Positions 12,276-25,700 of a DNA stretch of 64,000 bases are shown piece after piece. The stretch's first letter is position 1. Every line of letters starts with the position of its first letter. Under the pieces are notes generated by a model. It ran no database searches and was not told the DNA's origin. It saw only the letters and a program-made list of their open reading frames with translations. The DNA lies in assembly GCA_965285935.1 (NCBI GenBank), contig OZ260663.1:66216001-66280000 (forward strand). The letters are read 5' to 3'. The position numbers were made by a program, and so were the translations under genes. This DNA is from Ophelia neglecta (Eukaryota).

Positions 12276-12616
12276 TACTGTACGAAAATTCCATATTCTA
12301 CGTCGAACAAACTAAAATAGAATTCAATGTTCATTCATCTAAATCTATGTTAGTTCAACAAGCATTGATCGTTGGTATTTCACAATGTGTGTGTCCACTG
12401 AACGCTCACTTCACTTGTTCATTCAACAAACCTAAAGTAAGGGTGTAATGTTATCCTAACATTGGCTTTTTGTAACTCAACAATCGGTGCTCTTGTTCAT
12501 TTAACAATTACTAAGTATATCTCCAATGTTCAATCAAAAAAACTATTATAAGTTAGACTGACTAGTAAAAGAAACATAGAAAAATTTGTTGACTCAACAA
12601 GGATATTTTTTACAGG
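12276..12616. mobile_element. Probable non-autonomous CACTA/EnSpm-like element remnant
   Basis: Ends tactgtacgaaaatt and atattttttacagg resemble CACTGTAAAAAA TIRs. The interior has many (T/C)TCAACAA and TTGTT(C/G)A motifs. Confidence 0.45.
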
Positions 12617-15221
12617 CCTTACAAATATAAATTCTAAGTATTAGAAAGCGCTTCTTTTTTTGGTTTGGGATGATATATGTAATTCCATAATTCTGATGTG
12701 ATCCCATTAAAAAAATTGACTTTTTTATACAGTTTCCCCATTTTAAATCCTTGAATATTTACAGACCCTCATTTTCAATAATATGCTATAAAATATGATC
12801 GATTTTTAGTGGTTTTGCTTAAAGAATGACCGCTAATTGGAGTTTTTAGCAGCTATATATATGAATTTATATATACAAAATATTATTTATTATGAGCATG
12901 GATCAAATGATCTGGTTGACTACCGCTTTGTCGACCTTTTCATATGTCAGGTGCACGATTTTAGCTGTAACCTTAGATTTCCCCTGGCCATGTCGTTCTT
13001 TTCGCTCACTCACTGCACCGACCAACACGTTAGGCTGCACGAGAAGTGTCGGCGAGACCTTTACCGAAATAGATGTAAACAAACATGATGCAACAACGCA
13101 CGTGCTCATGCTCTTAGCCTGATGCAACATCGCCAAACGTTGCAGCAAAGAATTTGATCAATGAGTTTTTGTTAGTTGATGTTGTCAATAACACAAGACC
13201 TGCCGTTTTCATTGGCACCAACTACTGATTATTAAAGATATATATCTATAAATCAATAAGAAATGCTTTGGTAACGTTAGGCTATATGTAGACAGTAATG
13301 TTGTGTGTCCCGCTGTATGAACATAATTTATGCGGCAATGCAGCTTAAACCACAACCGGTGGCCACAGGATTCAAACGGCGATAACAGAGCACAGCGAAA
13401 GCATCTTAACATAGCAGGAGAAATAAGGAGGGATCTGGAAGAGGGGATGATATATACACTCATGATATAAAAGAGGAGTTAATTATTATTTTCCGATATA
13501 ATTCAAGATTGAGTGTTGAAGAACAGCCTGTGCACTGGAAACGTCAGCTAGTAAGCCTATTGACAGTCCATTGAACCTTAACGTGTACTGTGAGTTAGGG
13601 TTTGTATGCATGCCTATCCTGATGGACATATCGTGGTTGTACTTGCAAATAATCACATGCTCAATATTTACAAATGACATACTCCTATTCTGCATTTCAA
13701 ATACCGGCCTCTAAAGCGCAGCGTCATCGTGATGGTATATTATTTTACCACCCCTTATATTTAGGAGAATTTGCTATTGGAAATTTCGACAGACTTTTTC
13801 CCAAGCTCAACGAGGAACAGGGAGAATTGAACTGCACATTGCGACTATACTTCTAGGAAGCCTGCTATGTCCCTTGGCATATAACCACTGACACGTGTTG
13901 CCGATTGTGACTGCCAAGCTTGTTCCCACCCAGAAGGCCTAAGAGGTGCTGTTATATAGGCCGATAACCTACCCGGTACTTGTAAAATTGTTATATATCA
14001 TCGCCGTCTGAAACATTAATACAGAAATACCGATGTATATGTGAATATTAAATTTTATTAACGCCGTCTGCTGCGATTCATATGCTCGGAAGGATTCTGG
14101 TGGGCATTGGCTGGTTCCTAAAAAAAGTAAGTATTTGAGAATGTTTTGCGATTGAGACGTTAAACAGCACAATGTTGTGGTATTTTGGAAACCTCACTTA
14201 ATAATACTACTTCGTAAATTGATTTTGTTGATTTCGTGAATGACGGTCTAAAAATGCAAGATTATGATTTACATGTATGAACAGGTCTAATTCAAAAGCT
14301 GGAGTCTTGTCTCGTACACTTGCCGCACACACCATCCCATGCACTGAAACGCCTATATGCTAGGTTTATATGTGTTCAATAGATGTGAAATATTTTTAGA
14401 AACAGATTTTTTCTCAGCCTTACAGGATCAAAACATAACATTACGTGTAGTGAGATTTGATAATCTAACCAAGTCGTTTGTGCGCGTGTGTTGTCGTAGG
14501 TGTGATTGTTTATGGATCAATACAGAAGCACTAGATTAAACAAAACACAGAAGATCGAGACAATCTGACGTGAAGTAAATGCTGGACTGTTTTGGCGAAT
14601 GCACATTAGATACTAAAAAAATTCTGTAATTCAGCCGACAAATCGTGACGTAACAATAAATGCTTCTTGGTCAAGTGGGAGAGGGTGTATGTGGAGTAGG
14701 GTTTGGGGATGACTTTTCTATTCTAATTTATTTCTTGGCATGACAGGAAGAAGAAAAAATTAATTGGAGGTTAGAGGGCGGAGCGGTGTCGGGGATATGT
14801 AATATGATATATTGGCTTTCTCACCGTATCAGTCAATTTCCAGTGTTTGAGCATCAACAATATTGTTATGGGAGGGAGGGGGGGGGGGGGTTCTCGGAGC
14901 CGCTCTTGACTTTGCCAGTAGTGGTCTCTTACGACAGACATGTTTATTGTGCTTTTATATGGGTGTGGGGCTTCTGTTTCTAAAAGCTTTGTTGTTTTTT
15001 TCTATTTCAGGAAGAATAAATACTTGGTTGAGACATTGCGATAAGGTGTTACCTTATTTGCACTGACTAGTAACGTTCCGTCACATATAGGTCAATGCTA
15101 TATCTTTGTTGGCTTCGTCGAAAACATCTACAGAATATCACTATTAAAGCATATGAGCTTGCATGCATATATTTAATGTGGTCTTTATACAATGATCTCA
15201 TTTAGGAAAATTTATTCAAAT

Positions 15222-15228
15222 TATAAAA
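15222..15228 (+). promoter_or_regulatory. Candidate TATA box of the SLC7 gene
   Basis: TATAAAA followed by ~275 nt with no ATG before the start codon at 15505. Confidence 0.45.
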
Positions 15229-15504
15229 AGGGTCTAGTCATTTTTATACAGTAAGTGTGTCAGGAGCATACAGGAGGATACCACTGAGTAGTGTTATTCG
15301 CAGAAGATATATTATACTGGAAGTAACATTTATTCATTACTTTTTTACCCTGGGTAGCCTCATCAGGTTACAAGTACATTGTATTTGAATCTAACTTGTA
15401 TCACGGAAATCGTCAGCTAAAGTGACTGCAAGCATTGATACTGTCCTCCACTTGATCTCAGAACTCCTTTCCATATACCAGTAAGATATTAAAAACTTGT
15501 CACA

Positions 15505-18500
15505 ATGACTGCCGGCGGTCCCCTAACCCTGAGGAGGGAAATGAACCTGTTGCATTGTAGCACCGTTATGATTGGTATCGTCATCGGCTCGGGTATTTTC
15601 GTCAGCCCAGTTTCGATCACACAGAACTGTGGCTCTATCGGGCTGTCCCTGGTCGTCTGGGGGGTGTCCGGAGCACTCACCATCTTCATCGCCATGTCGT
15701 ACGCCGAGCTGGGTGCTATGTATCCACGAGCCGGGGGAGAGTACGCTTACTTTAAACAGGTCCTAGGCCCCTTCCCGGCCTTCCTCAATGTGTGGGTACA
15801 GTTCCTCACCATCAAGCCTACCTTTTTTGCCATATTGGCCCTGACCACCACGAACTACATATTCTTTCCAATCTTTCCTGACTGTGATATGCCGGCCATA
15901 GCCAAGAAGCTCTTCTCCATTTGGGTTCTAGGTAAGCCAAAATTCGAATACTTATAATACTCACTTTTTTACTGTTTTTACTATTTTTCATTTACCGTAA
16001 AGTGAGTGACCATAGATTGATATACGTCCAAACTATATTAATATGTTAGAGTCGACCGCCTGGTTTTCGATTTGACATGCGTAATCCAGTATATTAACTG
16101 TAGATATCTATATGGATATAACTGATTACGACACACCCGTTGTATGAGTGTAGGCCTATATAGGCCTGAGTATAGGCCTATATAATGAAGAATAATATAA
16201 GGCGCTAATCCGAGGAAAATTAGTTTTCGAATGATTCCATAATACGCCTCGAATTTCAATTCAATCCTTCTATAGGCATGCTTTAAGCGTTTGTGCATGC
16301 GTTGGCTGCAAACTTTTTAATCAATCCTTTTTTTAATATGTCTCATCAGGTACATGTTAAAGAATATTCACGAATATTTCAGGGAATAGTAAAACCGAGA
16401 GTAAATATGAATAGACACATTTCAATGACTTATAGAATTGTTATGTGTACCTGTACTTACTGTTGCAAACTTCGCCTAAAAGTAAATACATGGATTAAGT
16501 GAAGTGCATGAGGACCCCGCCGGTTGTGTATTTTTCATTGTAAATAGCAAGATATTTTGTTGCAAAATATCTATTTGTAAAACAGTCGCTTCTTGTTCGT
16601 ATAAAAATATGGAAAATTTAAACATTTGACAGTATGCATTCTGTATGACATGGGAATTCAATGCTGACCTGACCCTATTAGGTCACGGTGCTCACTACAT
16701 GACACCGTGGAAGTGAGTTTAACTAAAGGAACTATGGTAAATAAACTCTTATAGGCCTAATTATAATTTTGCAGCCGACAATTTAGCAAGTTGACTACTT
16801 AACGTTCATGAAAAAAACATTGTAACAGTTCTAAGTACTATCTAAGTACAAATAGCTAAACCGTCATTTGATACCTATGATAGCCCCAACTCAGAAGGTA
16901 ATATCTATAGGGCGGTTTAACAGTAAACGCACTATGTAGGGGAGCTTAACGTATCTTTGGGGCGAGCATGGTGTCAAGAGTACCAGCTCCCTTAAAGATG
17001 TTCATGAAGATGGCCTTTGAACCAACTTGCCGGGTGCCCAGTACAGAAAATATCATACCCGTACGTATTAAGCATTGACTTGAACCCTTTGCACCGACTT
17101 CTCAATCTGTAATTGCGCCTCGAGAATTGCGCATTATTTAATAATTTTGTACTGAATGTTTTTGTAGCGTTTTGAGATAAACAAGTTAGCATCAAAAGGG
17201 AACATCCCGGTTACGCTATTAAAAGCAAGGGGTAGTTGTGTTTTTCCGTAAAGGCATGAGCTTTTTTATAAACACTAGCTGAACTTGGACTATATCTACA
17301 CAGGACTTATGTTGTCATAGTTTTCTGCCGCACAGAAGCACTGCATGGCTCCACATACGTCGAGACTGACAGTATGTTACGGTGATAGAGAGACGGGGAT
17401 GATATACAGGCATAGCTTTCTCTAAGAGAACTTGAGCTTTCCTAACTTAACGACCTCCAATTTCTCATTGTCATCTATTCGAAATTAGTCTTTATGTCCA
17501 TTTGATTTCCAATTACACGAACGTTCTTTTGGTTTTGTTTACCACTGTAGCCCACAAATGCCACACCATGTATGCAAGGTTTTGAGACACTGTGAGTGTC
17601 GGAGACTTGATCTGGTTTCAGAGACGATAACATAATCTTCAAAATGTATATAATATGAGGATACTTAGTATTCTCGCAATGCCTCCTCAATATCTTACAC
17701 CAAAAGGCGAAGAAACCAAGCGACGCAGACTCACCCTGTCGAACACCCCAGCACACATAAACACTTTCTCCTAGATACCCGTGTATACCTAACTTACTTT
17801 AAATAAGGTCTGAAATCGAGTATAGAGTTTATTAGGGACAACAGGAATTACTAAGAACTATTTAAAAATAAACATGACGCATTCACCCTGAGAAGTTTGA
17901 GTTTTATAAATTGCAAATGTATTTACCCGTCTTAGTCATATTCCATGTTTCATTTACCATTGCAGTTACCATCGTAGTTATCAACAGTGTGTACGTGAGA
18001 TACGTGACACGGACGCAGACACTCTTCACCTTCGTCAAGGTCACCACACTCCTAATCATCATTGTCACCGGCCTGATCGTCATAGGAAAAGGTAGACAAT
18101 GAGACATTACTGCCGGGGTTCAGGGGTTAATAGTTCTCAATTAAGGGGTCGAGAGTCATGCGGTGCACCCGCCCTTGAGCACCAAATTGTTCTCTTGGAC
18201 ACGGGAAGTATAAGTTGCCTAGGTGGCGTATAATTGAACATAGTAGGTCTATTTAAATAACCTAGACTAATTAGCCTTAAGCGTAGTATTGACAATTGCC
18301 AATAACCAAAAAGTTTGGAATAACAAAATTTAACTGTATGTAGGCCTAATTCTTTCATTGTTCACTTTCATCGTTGATGCCGACCATATGTTACTATGTG
18401 ATCCATTCATACAAAGAATGGCTTTGGCAATATGACTGGTTGAAACTAAGTTCCGGAACTAATCCATTGTCAAGGTGTTACATTTTGTCAATATCTAGGA

Positions 18501-21500
18501 ATTTCAGTAAACAGAGTAACATATTCTGCCAAATAGCCAAATTTTTAGGTCCCTCGTAGTTGGCAATATATAGTTGACATTTTGTCGGGAAAACATATTA
18601 GAATATTATATAATTTAATTCATCACAACATAATGACGATGTTTATGTTAGATAATACAATCATGGACGAGTACAATGGCTCTATTAACTACTCATTTAG
18701 TTTTGTTAAAACTTGGAACATTAAATGTTGAGGTTCGATTCATTAGTAATCAAGACTGGAAGTCATCCTGTGGCGCCCGTACAATGACATGTTTATGGCC
18801 CTAACAGTCAACTCCAGGCCAAACTAATTTGTACACCAGTTGACACCATGCGCCATCACATCCTTGTTTCCTCAAAACATTGTAAATATAATTCTCAGAA
18901 TTCATCCGCGATATAAACCGCGAAAGCTGATCTGTAATTAATACATGTGTATAGTACCAATTCTTATGCTGTTATCTAAATTGATCCTCATTATTTATTA
19001 ACATGAAATATTATTGTGTTTTTTTTTGATAACAGGGTATACTGCAAATCTCGAGTCGGGCTTCGAGGGTACCTCGAGGGATGTGGGATCAATTGCGGTC
19101 GCCTTGTACACCGGCATATTCACCTACGGAGGATGGTAACTTTTTTTGTGATATTTCAGTTAAAACTTGATCGGATTGTATACCTCGTCACAAATTTCAA
19201 TTACTGAATGCTTTGCTTTAGGCCAACACATATATTAAATTTTCTTTACTTATAACTGTATATATCCTCAATTCAAAATATTCTTATTTTAAATATATTT
19301 AGTTTAAAGGCGTGTTTTCATTGCAGGAATTACCTCTTTAATCTTTTGGAAGAAATTAAAAGACCACAAGTGTAAGTTGAGCTAGGATCCTCATTCATAC
19401 GATGATATTTTCTTAGCACATTAACTAATAAAAATACTCAGCACTAAAAATAATCTCGTCCTTGAGAACTGTGTGCATCAAATGGTACCAGCTATTCCCT
19501 ATAAGAAATGATTTTTTTTACAGTTTTTACAGTAGATGTTAAACTTTATTTTACTTTACCTGTTTTTTTAATTACTTTTACTGATTACTCTACCCTCTAG
19601 CTTGGTACCCAAAGCAACCCTAATTTCCATGGTAACGGTCATTGCTCTGTACTTGCTGACCAACGTAGCCTACTTCTCGGTCATGACCCCGGCTGAAATG
19701 GCTGCCTCTTCAGCAGTCGCTGTGGTAAGAGTTCCCGAGAACAATTATTATTGATATTATTATTTTACAGTTTCAATTGTTAAAGGCAACACAATTAACA
19801 CATATATTTGTAGTTATAAGCAGCAATGCACCTTCAGTCTGTTTATTACCTGCAAAACGAAGTCGCAATGATTAAGCGCTAATTTACGTGCAAAGGGCTA
19901 ATAAACATGTACAGTTAATATATTTTGTTAGGTGTTGGCCCTGATGCCTGATTTAGAGATTGTCACTGCACCTTTATTATAGTCAACAATGGAGTTTCTA
20001 TCTAGCTTCTTAGTTCCTATTTAATCTACATTCTCATGGTTGAATTTTCACATATTCATGTATATAGACTATAGTTCACCACTCATAAATATCTCCGAAT
20101 AAAACATGAACAAAAATACGGTTTCATCTTTCAGACGTTTGCTGAAAGAACACTGGGTAAATTTTCCCTCGCTGTTCCCATTCTAGTCGCCTGCTCTGCC
20201 ATTGGAGCTCTTAACGGGGCCATATTCGGAGGATCAAGGTACTAAAATCATAAGTTTTATTCTAAAATCAGCAGCAACTCAAGTCGAATAAAACTTTTGA
20301 AGAATTCGAAATAAATGTCACGTATGTAGTTGATTTCATTGCAGGAAATATTTTGCGGCGGCCAGAGACGGGCTATTTCCGGGGTTTATGGCACTGATTA
20401 ACACCAAATTCCTGACTCCTTGGACATCTATTTGGGCAACCGTAAATGTCTATTTTGTACCATCCATTAACTGTATAATTATTTGATACTGTGTGATTAC
20501 TTACAATATACGTCGTATAGATGGGTCGCCGAATTTATCGCTTTTCATGAGTTTGCACTTGCCGCTTGCAGTAGAACGCGTACGTCACTGCATTGGATAC
20601 TGTTGTTAGGGAGATTCCGTTCGGATGTCATTCCGCGCGTCGCCAATTGGCTGGATTGCCGTTATGAAATCTTAGACTAGATTTATCGGGGAATCCCTTC
20701 ACCTGATCAACAGCTGGTTTACGGACTGGAGAGTTTGCTGATTGTTTGTGATTATCACGTCCTGAACAGATAGACATCTAGGCCTGTCAACTGATTCAGC
20801 AATCTGAGTGGATTTTGGTGTATGAGTAAGAGTACATTCCATGATGAAAGCACTGTGTACCGATTTACGGTGGCGAGTAGTCTACCATTGACACATGAAC
20901 GGATACACTCATCGAGAAATCTCCGAAGCCCTATTCATTTCAATTTCAACTGTTGAGAGAGTGTTGCGGAGATGGCGAACTGCCAAATCCCCAGTCCACG
21001 AATAGAAGGGATTCCCCGATAAATCCAGCCTAGTCTAAGACGTCATAACAGCAGTCCAGCCAATTGGCGACGCGCGGAGTGGCATCCGAACGGAATCTCC
21101 CTAACAACAGTATCCAATGCAGTGACGTAAGCGTCCCACAGCGAGCGGCGAATGCAAACTCATGAAAAGTGATAAATTCGGCAACCCATCTATACGACGT
21201 ATATTGTAAGTAATATGCTTGTATAAAGAAGTATGGAATATGTAGCATGTTAATCACGCATTGGGTTATATTTTGTGTTTAAAAGCTGGATCGATTTTAT
21301 ATATTCTTAACATCTATACATCGAAAATTTGTAACACGCTTCTCATTCAATGAAAACATCTATGTTGCATAGTAACTTTTGTTACGCTTCATTGTACCTG
21401 TTTAATCTTACAATTTTCTGTAAACGCTGAACTGAATGAAGTATTTTTCTTGTACACCAGTGCGCCCTGGCGGTGGTGTATATCATAACAGGAGACGCCG

Positions 21501-22473
21501 TGAGGCTTATCGAATACCTGGGCTTTGTTGACACCTTCATCTACATGATGGCTCTTACCTGTGTTCTCTATCTGAGGTGGAAATATCCCAATATCAAACG
21601 TCCTATAAAAGTACGTATGCAATATATTCATGCACTAAATACTCACACTGTCTGGATCCTGATTAACAAAACCCTGGAATCGTTGACTAGCTATCATTCA
21701 CTGCGCCTATGATAGTTATAAGACTATGCTATAACACGAATGGATAAGATTTAATGATCTTACAGGGCTCATATCCGGAAATTTGATCAACGATAGAACT
21801 TAATGTATGCGGAGAAATAAGCCAAGATTCTTTTCCCTTTGACTAGGTACCTATAGTTCTGCCGATAGTTTCTCTGGCTTTAATGGTAAGTTTGGCGGGC
21901 CTCGGCCTTTACCGGAAACCAGTTCAGAATGGAATCGGCGTGCTCATAGTTTTATCCGGGGTACCAGCGTATCTTCTAGGAGTGTCATGGAAACGGAAAC
22001 CTAAAGTCATCCCTAGGATGTTAGGTACTTCCCCACAGTTATTTTTTCACCAATGCTTCTACAGCTGGCTGGTCCACTTTGGTTTTCTTTTACAATCAAT
22101 GTAATACTTGGTTCTCTCAGTTTATTTGTGAGGCATTCCTGTTTATATATAGGCAATAATTGTGAATAACACTATTGCACTCAACTGGAAGTTAATTTTA
22201 AATATCAGACATGACATATCTGATATTTAAAGTTAACTTCCAGTTGTATATAATATATATAATTATACTGTGTATAATATGTATAATTATATACCCCAAA
22301 TACGAAATCTTTGCACAATAACTTTGCTCATAAATCTCAATACAATTTGACAGTGTTGTTTACATTTATTTCCAGGAACATTTACCAAATTAGTTCAGAA
22401 GGCATTTTTGGTGGCCCCCCAAGATGAAATAGCTGAGCCAGATGCCAGTGACATGAGCATTACTGTAAACTGA
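15505..22473 (+). CDS. SLC7 family L-type amino-acid transporter light chain (LAT1/LAT2/y+LAT/xCT group), complete, 482 aa
   Basis: Ten phase-consistent exons: 15505-15931, 17966-18091, 19036-19135, 19327-19371, 19601-19724, 20135-20238, 20345-20441, 21461-21610, 21847-22024, 22376-22473 (1449 nt). Motifs: IGSGIFVSP (TM1), [21 protein letters not shown] (Cys that bonds to the SLC3 heavy chain), FTYGGWNYL (TM6), LTNVAYF, AARDG, RPIKVP. Confidence 0.95.
20500..21210. mobile_element. MITE with ~200-bp terminal inverted repeats and TA flanks (Tc1/mariner-type) in SLC7 intron 7
   Basis: The left arm 20500-20700 (CTTACAATATACGTCGTATAGATGGG...GGGGAATCCCTTC) is the reverse complement of the right arm 21005-21210 with scattered substitutions and one small indel. 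TA flanks both ends. Confidence 0.9.
22182..22246. repeat. 65-nt near-perfect palindrome/hairpin in SLC7 intron 9
   Basis: CAACTGGAAGTTAATTTTAAATATCAGA-catgacata-TCTGATATTTAAAGTTAACTTCCAGTTG: 28-bp arms with one T/G mismatch. Confidence 0.9.
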
Positions 22474-22721
22474 TGCATCAATCGTCCTTTACCACTTTAG
22501 TCGACTTTTTTATTAATTTTATTTGGTACATACCCCTAAAGCTGGAAGAATATAGAGAACTGGAAGTATATTTATTGGTAGTTCACTTGTATTGGTGTGA
22601 TGGGTTTCAGCACTATGTTTATTTATTTGTGATAAGCATGTTTGTTCTTAGTATCATTATACAATTCCATAGTTTTCAAACGCGCATTACAATGTAATAA
22701 TATGTACTCAACGAATATACC

Positions 22722-22784
22722 AATAAAATGACCATACAAAAGTATAGTATACCAATAAAAGCGATTTAAACACATACTAATAAA
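22722..22784 (+). terminator. Cluster of three AATAAA polyadenylation signals of the SLC7 gene
   Basis: AATAAA at ~22722, ~22754 and ~22779, 250-310 nt after the stop codon, followed by GT/T-rich sequence. Confidence 0.55.
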
Positions 22785-25700
22785 TTCACACTTATTTGTG
22801 TGAACAATTTGCTTTCTGTATAATTAGTGGCGTACGTTACCCTGTTATCAGTTTGACTTGTCGGTAGGCCTAAATAGAATATAAATATCCAATAGGTCAG
22901 TTATTTTAAATCACCTGCTAATGTCGGCAATTTTTAAACGCTACTCAGGGGTAAAGAAAGCTTGATGAAATAGGCATTTCCCCCGCGAACAGGGCATCAT
23001 CATTTTGGTGTTCTCTGCCTGATCTAGAATACATGGAACGATTTAAACATGATTGCCATAGTTAATAATATGAAGCTTTCTGTTTTAACGGAACAACTTT
23101 GGTAAACGCCTATACTACTTTTAGGACCAGCTAAAATGTAGTACATGAACTCTTTTGAATAAAGAAGTTGCTGTAACAGGCGTACATTTATTTGTTAAAT
23201 ATGAAAAACAATATTCCCTATCAAGGATGAAGAAACAAACATTGTAATTTCCCCCTTTTCCAAACCAGAGCCGATTGGAATAATGAATTACAACCAAACA
23301 AGATAGCCGCAATATACCATTGTAAACTGAATCTCAAACATTTAGGTTTAAAAATAACAGAAAAATCATTCTGATTTCCACCTTGCTCAAGATCGCAACC
23401 TTCAATATAGATTTACTACGTCCTAGGTCTGGCGCATTAAATTACTCATTGATTATTTCAAAACAAGTATTTTCGTACATATGCGCCATCGTCTTTCTAA
23501 CTTATCAAATATCATAATTGACATTTATTATCGACATACGTTTTTATTTGTAGAATCATTTAGTATTTAATATGTAGCGTCTGTATATGAATTGCTGTGT
23601 GCCATTGATGTAAAGAGGTACCTTTCCACCAATAAATGAATAGATAAATATATTGCCAATAAGTCGGAACCGCAGTTGATCCCTGCATTGGGCTTATGTA
23701 AAGCTTATGGTCCCTCATGAGGATCACAAGAAGTGCCTTCTTGCAAATAGCTCCTAACATCACAAAGACACCAAACATGTTTTCAGAGTCAAGCGTATCA
23801 GACTTGATTTGGTTCGCTAGGATTTATACTTTGTAACACAACCTTTTACAAAAACAGTGACATGTCCCCACCTGTCGTTGAATATAAACTCGATCGTCAT
23901 TTTTTCATTTTTCAAGATAAACACTGCCTTGTTAGAAATTAGAGTGGGCATGCAAAGTTGTGTCAAAACAATTCAGTTGAAAGTTGCTGGTGCAGGTGCT
24001 GGTTGCAGATGGCAAGTGTAATCTGTACCTGCAACTTCACACGCACCTGCATTGTTTTAAGATATCCAAAAGAATTGAGTCCTATTGCAAATATAACAAG
24101 CCTTCGGACGTTAGTTTGATCATGTATTTGTAGTATAATCACCGCTAGCTGGTACTACTTTCTGAGATACAAAATACACGTCAGAGGTTGGCTAAAGTAG
24201 TGCACTGTACTACTGTATCTAGTCATTAAAGCTATCAATTTATCCAATATCTGGCTCCGGCGACGGATCTGATTCCGACAGTATTTGACATAGTCTTCCT
24301 CCCTACCACCCCCGATTATTTTCTGATTTTAAGGGTATTTTTTGACAAATTCGGACTTGTAGATACAAGTCTGGTTAATTCTGCACCGCTTAGACCTTAT
24401 GGTTATGTGTTTGACAATTGCAACACTTCTGGTGAGCTATCTTATGCGTTTTTCATAGCCATTGGGCGAGTATGGTAAAAAGTGGAGCGTACGTGATTGA
24501 GTTTAAATGTATAGGGAAGTGTGGGAAAACTGCTTATATAAATGTGATTTTTTCACCATTTGTGGTCTGCTCTTACTAAATGAAATGCAGAGCACACTAA
24601 AGGAGTGACAACCCCGGCTCTCCCGTTATTTAAATCGTAACTGTTAATTAGGAGATATATGATATTTGATAAGCAATTCCCTGTCTCGTCCTTTGACCTG
24701 CGGTGTGCCACAAGAAACAGTCATAGGACTGATACTAGTCTCCATATAAGCTCGGGCCCGGTTATGTCATTTGGAGTTTCCTCTCTTTGCTGATGGTACT
24801 CCGCTATATGTATAGCGCTCGAATAATTCCTTCGGTGTAGCACGAACAAAAAAATTCAATGTTTTACACTCAGAATCATCTCTTGGATTCATTATGCCTT
24901 GAGCTTAATCCAGATATATATTAAAAATTGATTTACTACGATAAACACAAATTTCGGCACTTGCAATGATTCCAGCAGGTGTTTGAGCAGCAAATAGCAA
25001 AACATCACCCCGACGAATTTCATACATCGGAACATTCCTTGACAGGGAAAGTGCTGAGTGCATCGCATATAAATTTGTTACCTCTCGCTTCACTGCATAT
25101 AATATACACCTTGATACTTGTAAACATGCTCTACCTGCACACAAAACACATACCAGTGCAATTTATAATTGATTTATTGATATAACCTTAAAAATGTTAG
25201 TAGCATAAGTGATGGCGTAAAATGACTGTAACATTTTCGTTTGATACGGTGCAAAAAAGTCACTGTGGTAGGCGAAGTTACAAGAAGACTGGCTTCAGTA
25301 GACCATGGTCAAAATGGAATACACAATCATACTGCAACTATAGGAAAAAAACGCGAAGGGGTAATTTCAAGAAATATTCTTGAACATTTCCTGAGCAACA
25401 ATGATTTAAAAAGTCTTTTATGTCATAATAAAGGGATCTTTTAATAATAAAGTGAATTCCCAATCATTGCCTTTGCCAAACAATGAAACCTGAAAATTCC
25501 TGTCGCAAATATTTGCTGGCCAATTGCCAGTTCTGTGGTTGGTCGTCTGCTCTTTTACTCATCGTTGCAGATTTAATTATTGAACATGATTAAAAGTATT
25601 TGTATTACAGTTTCTTCTAATAGAGTAAATATAGAAATGGTCATACATTAAATCGTCCATTTTTAGAATATTTGTCACGCTGCCTTTTCGCCTTTTTCAA

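Noticed and set aside
12837-13148. Three overlapping 76-83 aa ORFs as possible TRPM N-terminal exons
   Set aside because: No TRPM MHR similarity and no convincing in-phase splice sites.
20483-21257. Two near-identical ORFs on opposite strands ([13 protein letters not shown]..)
   Set aside because: They are translations of the two arms of the MITE inverted repeat, not duplicated genes.
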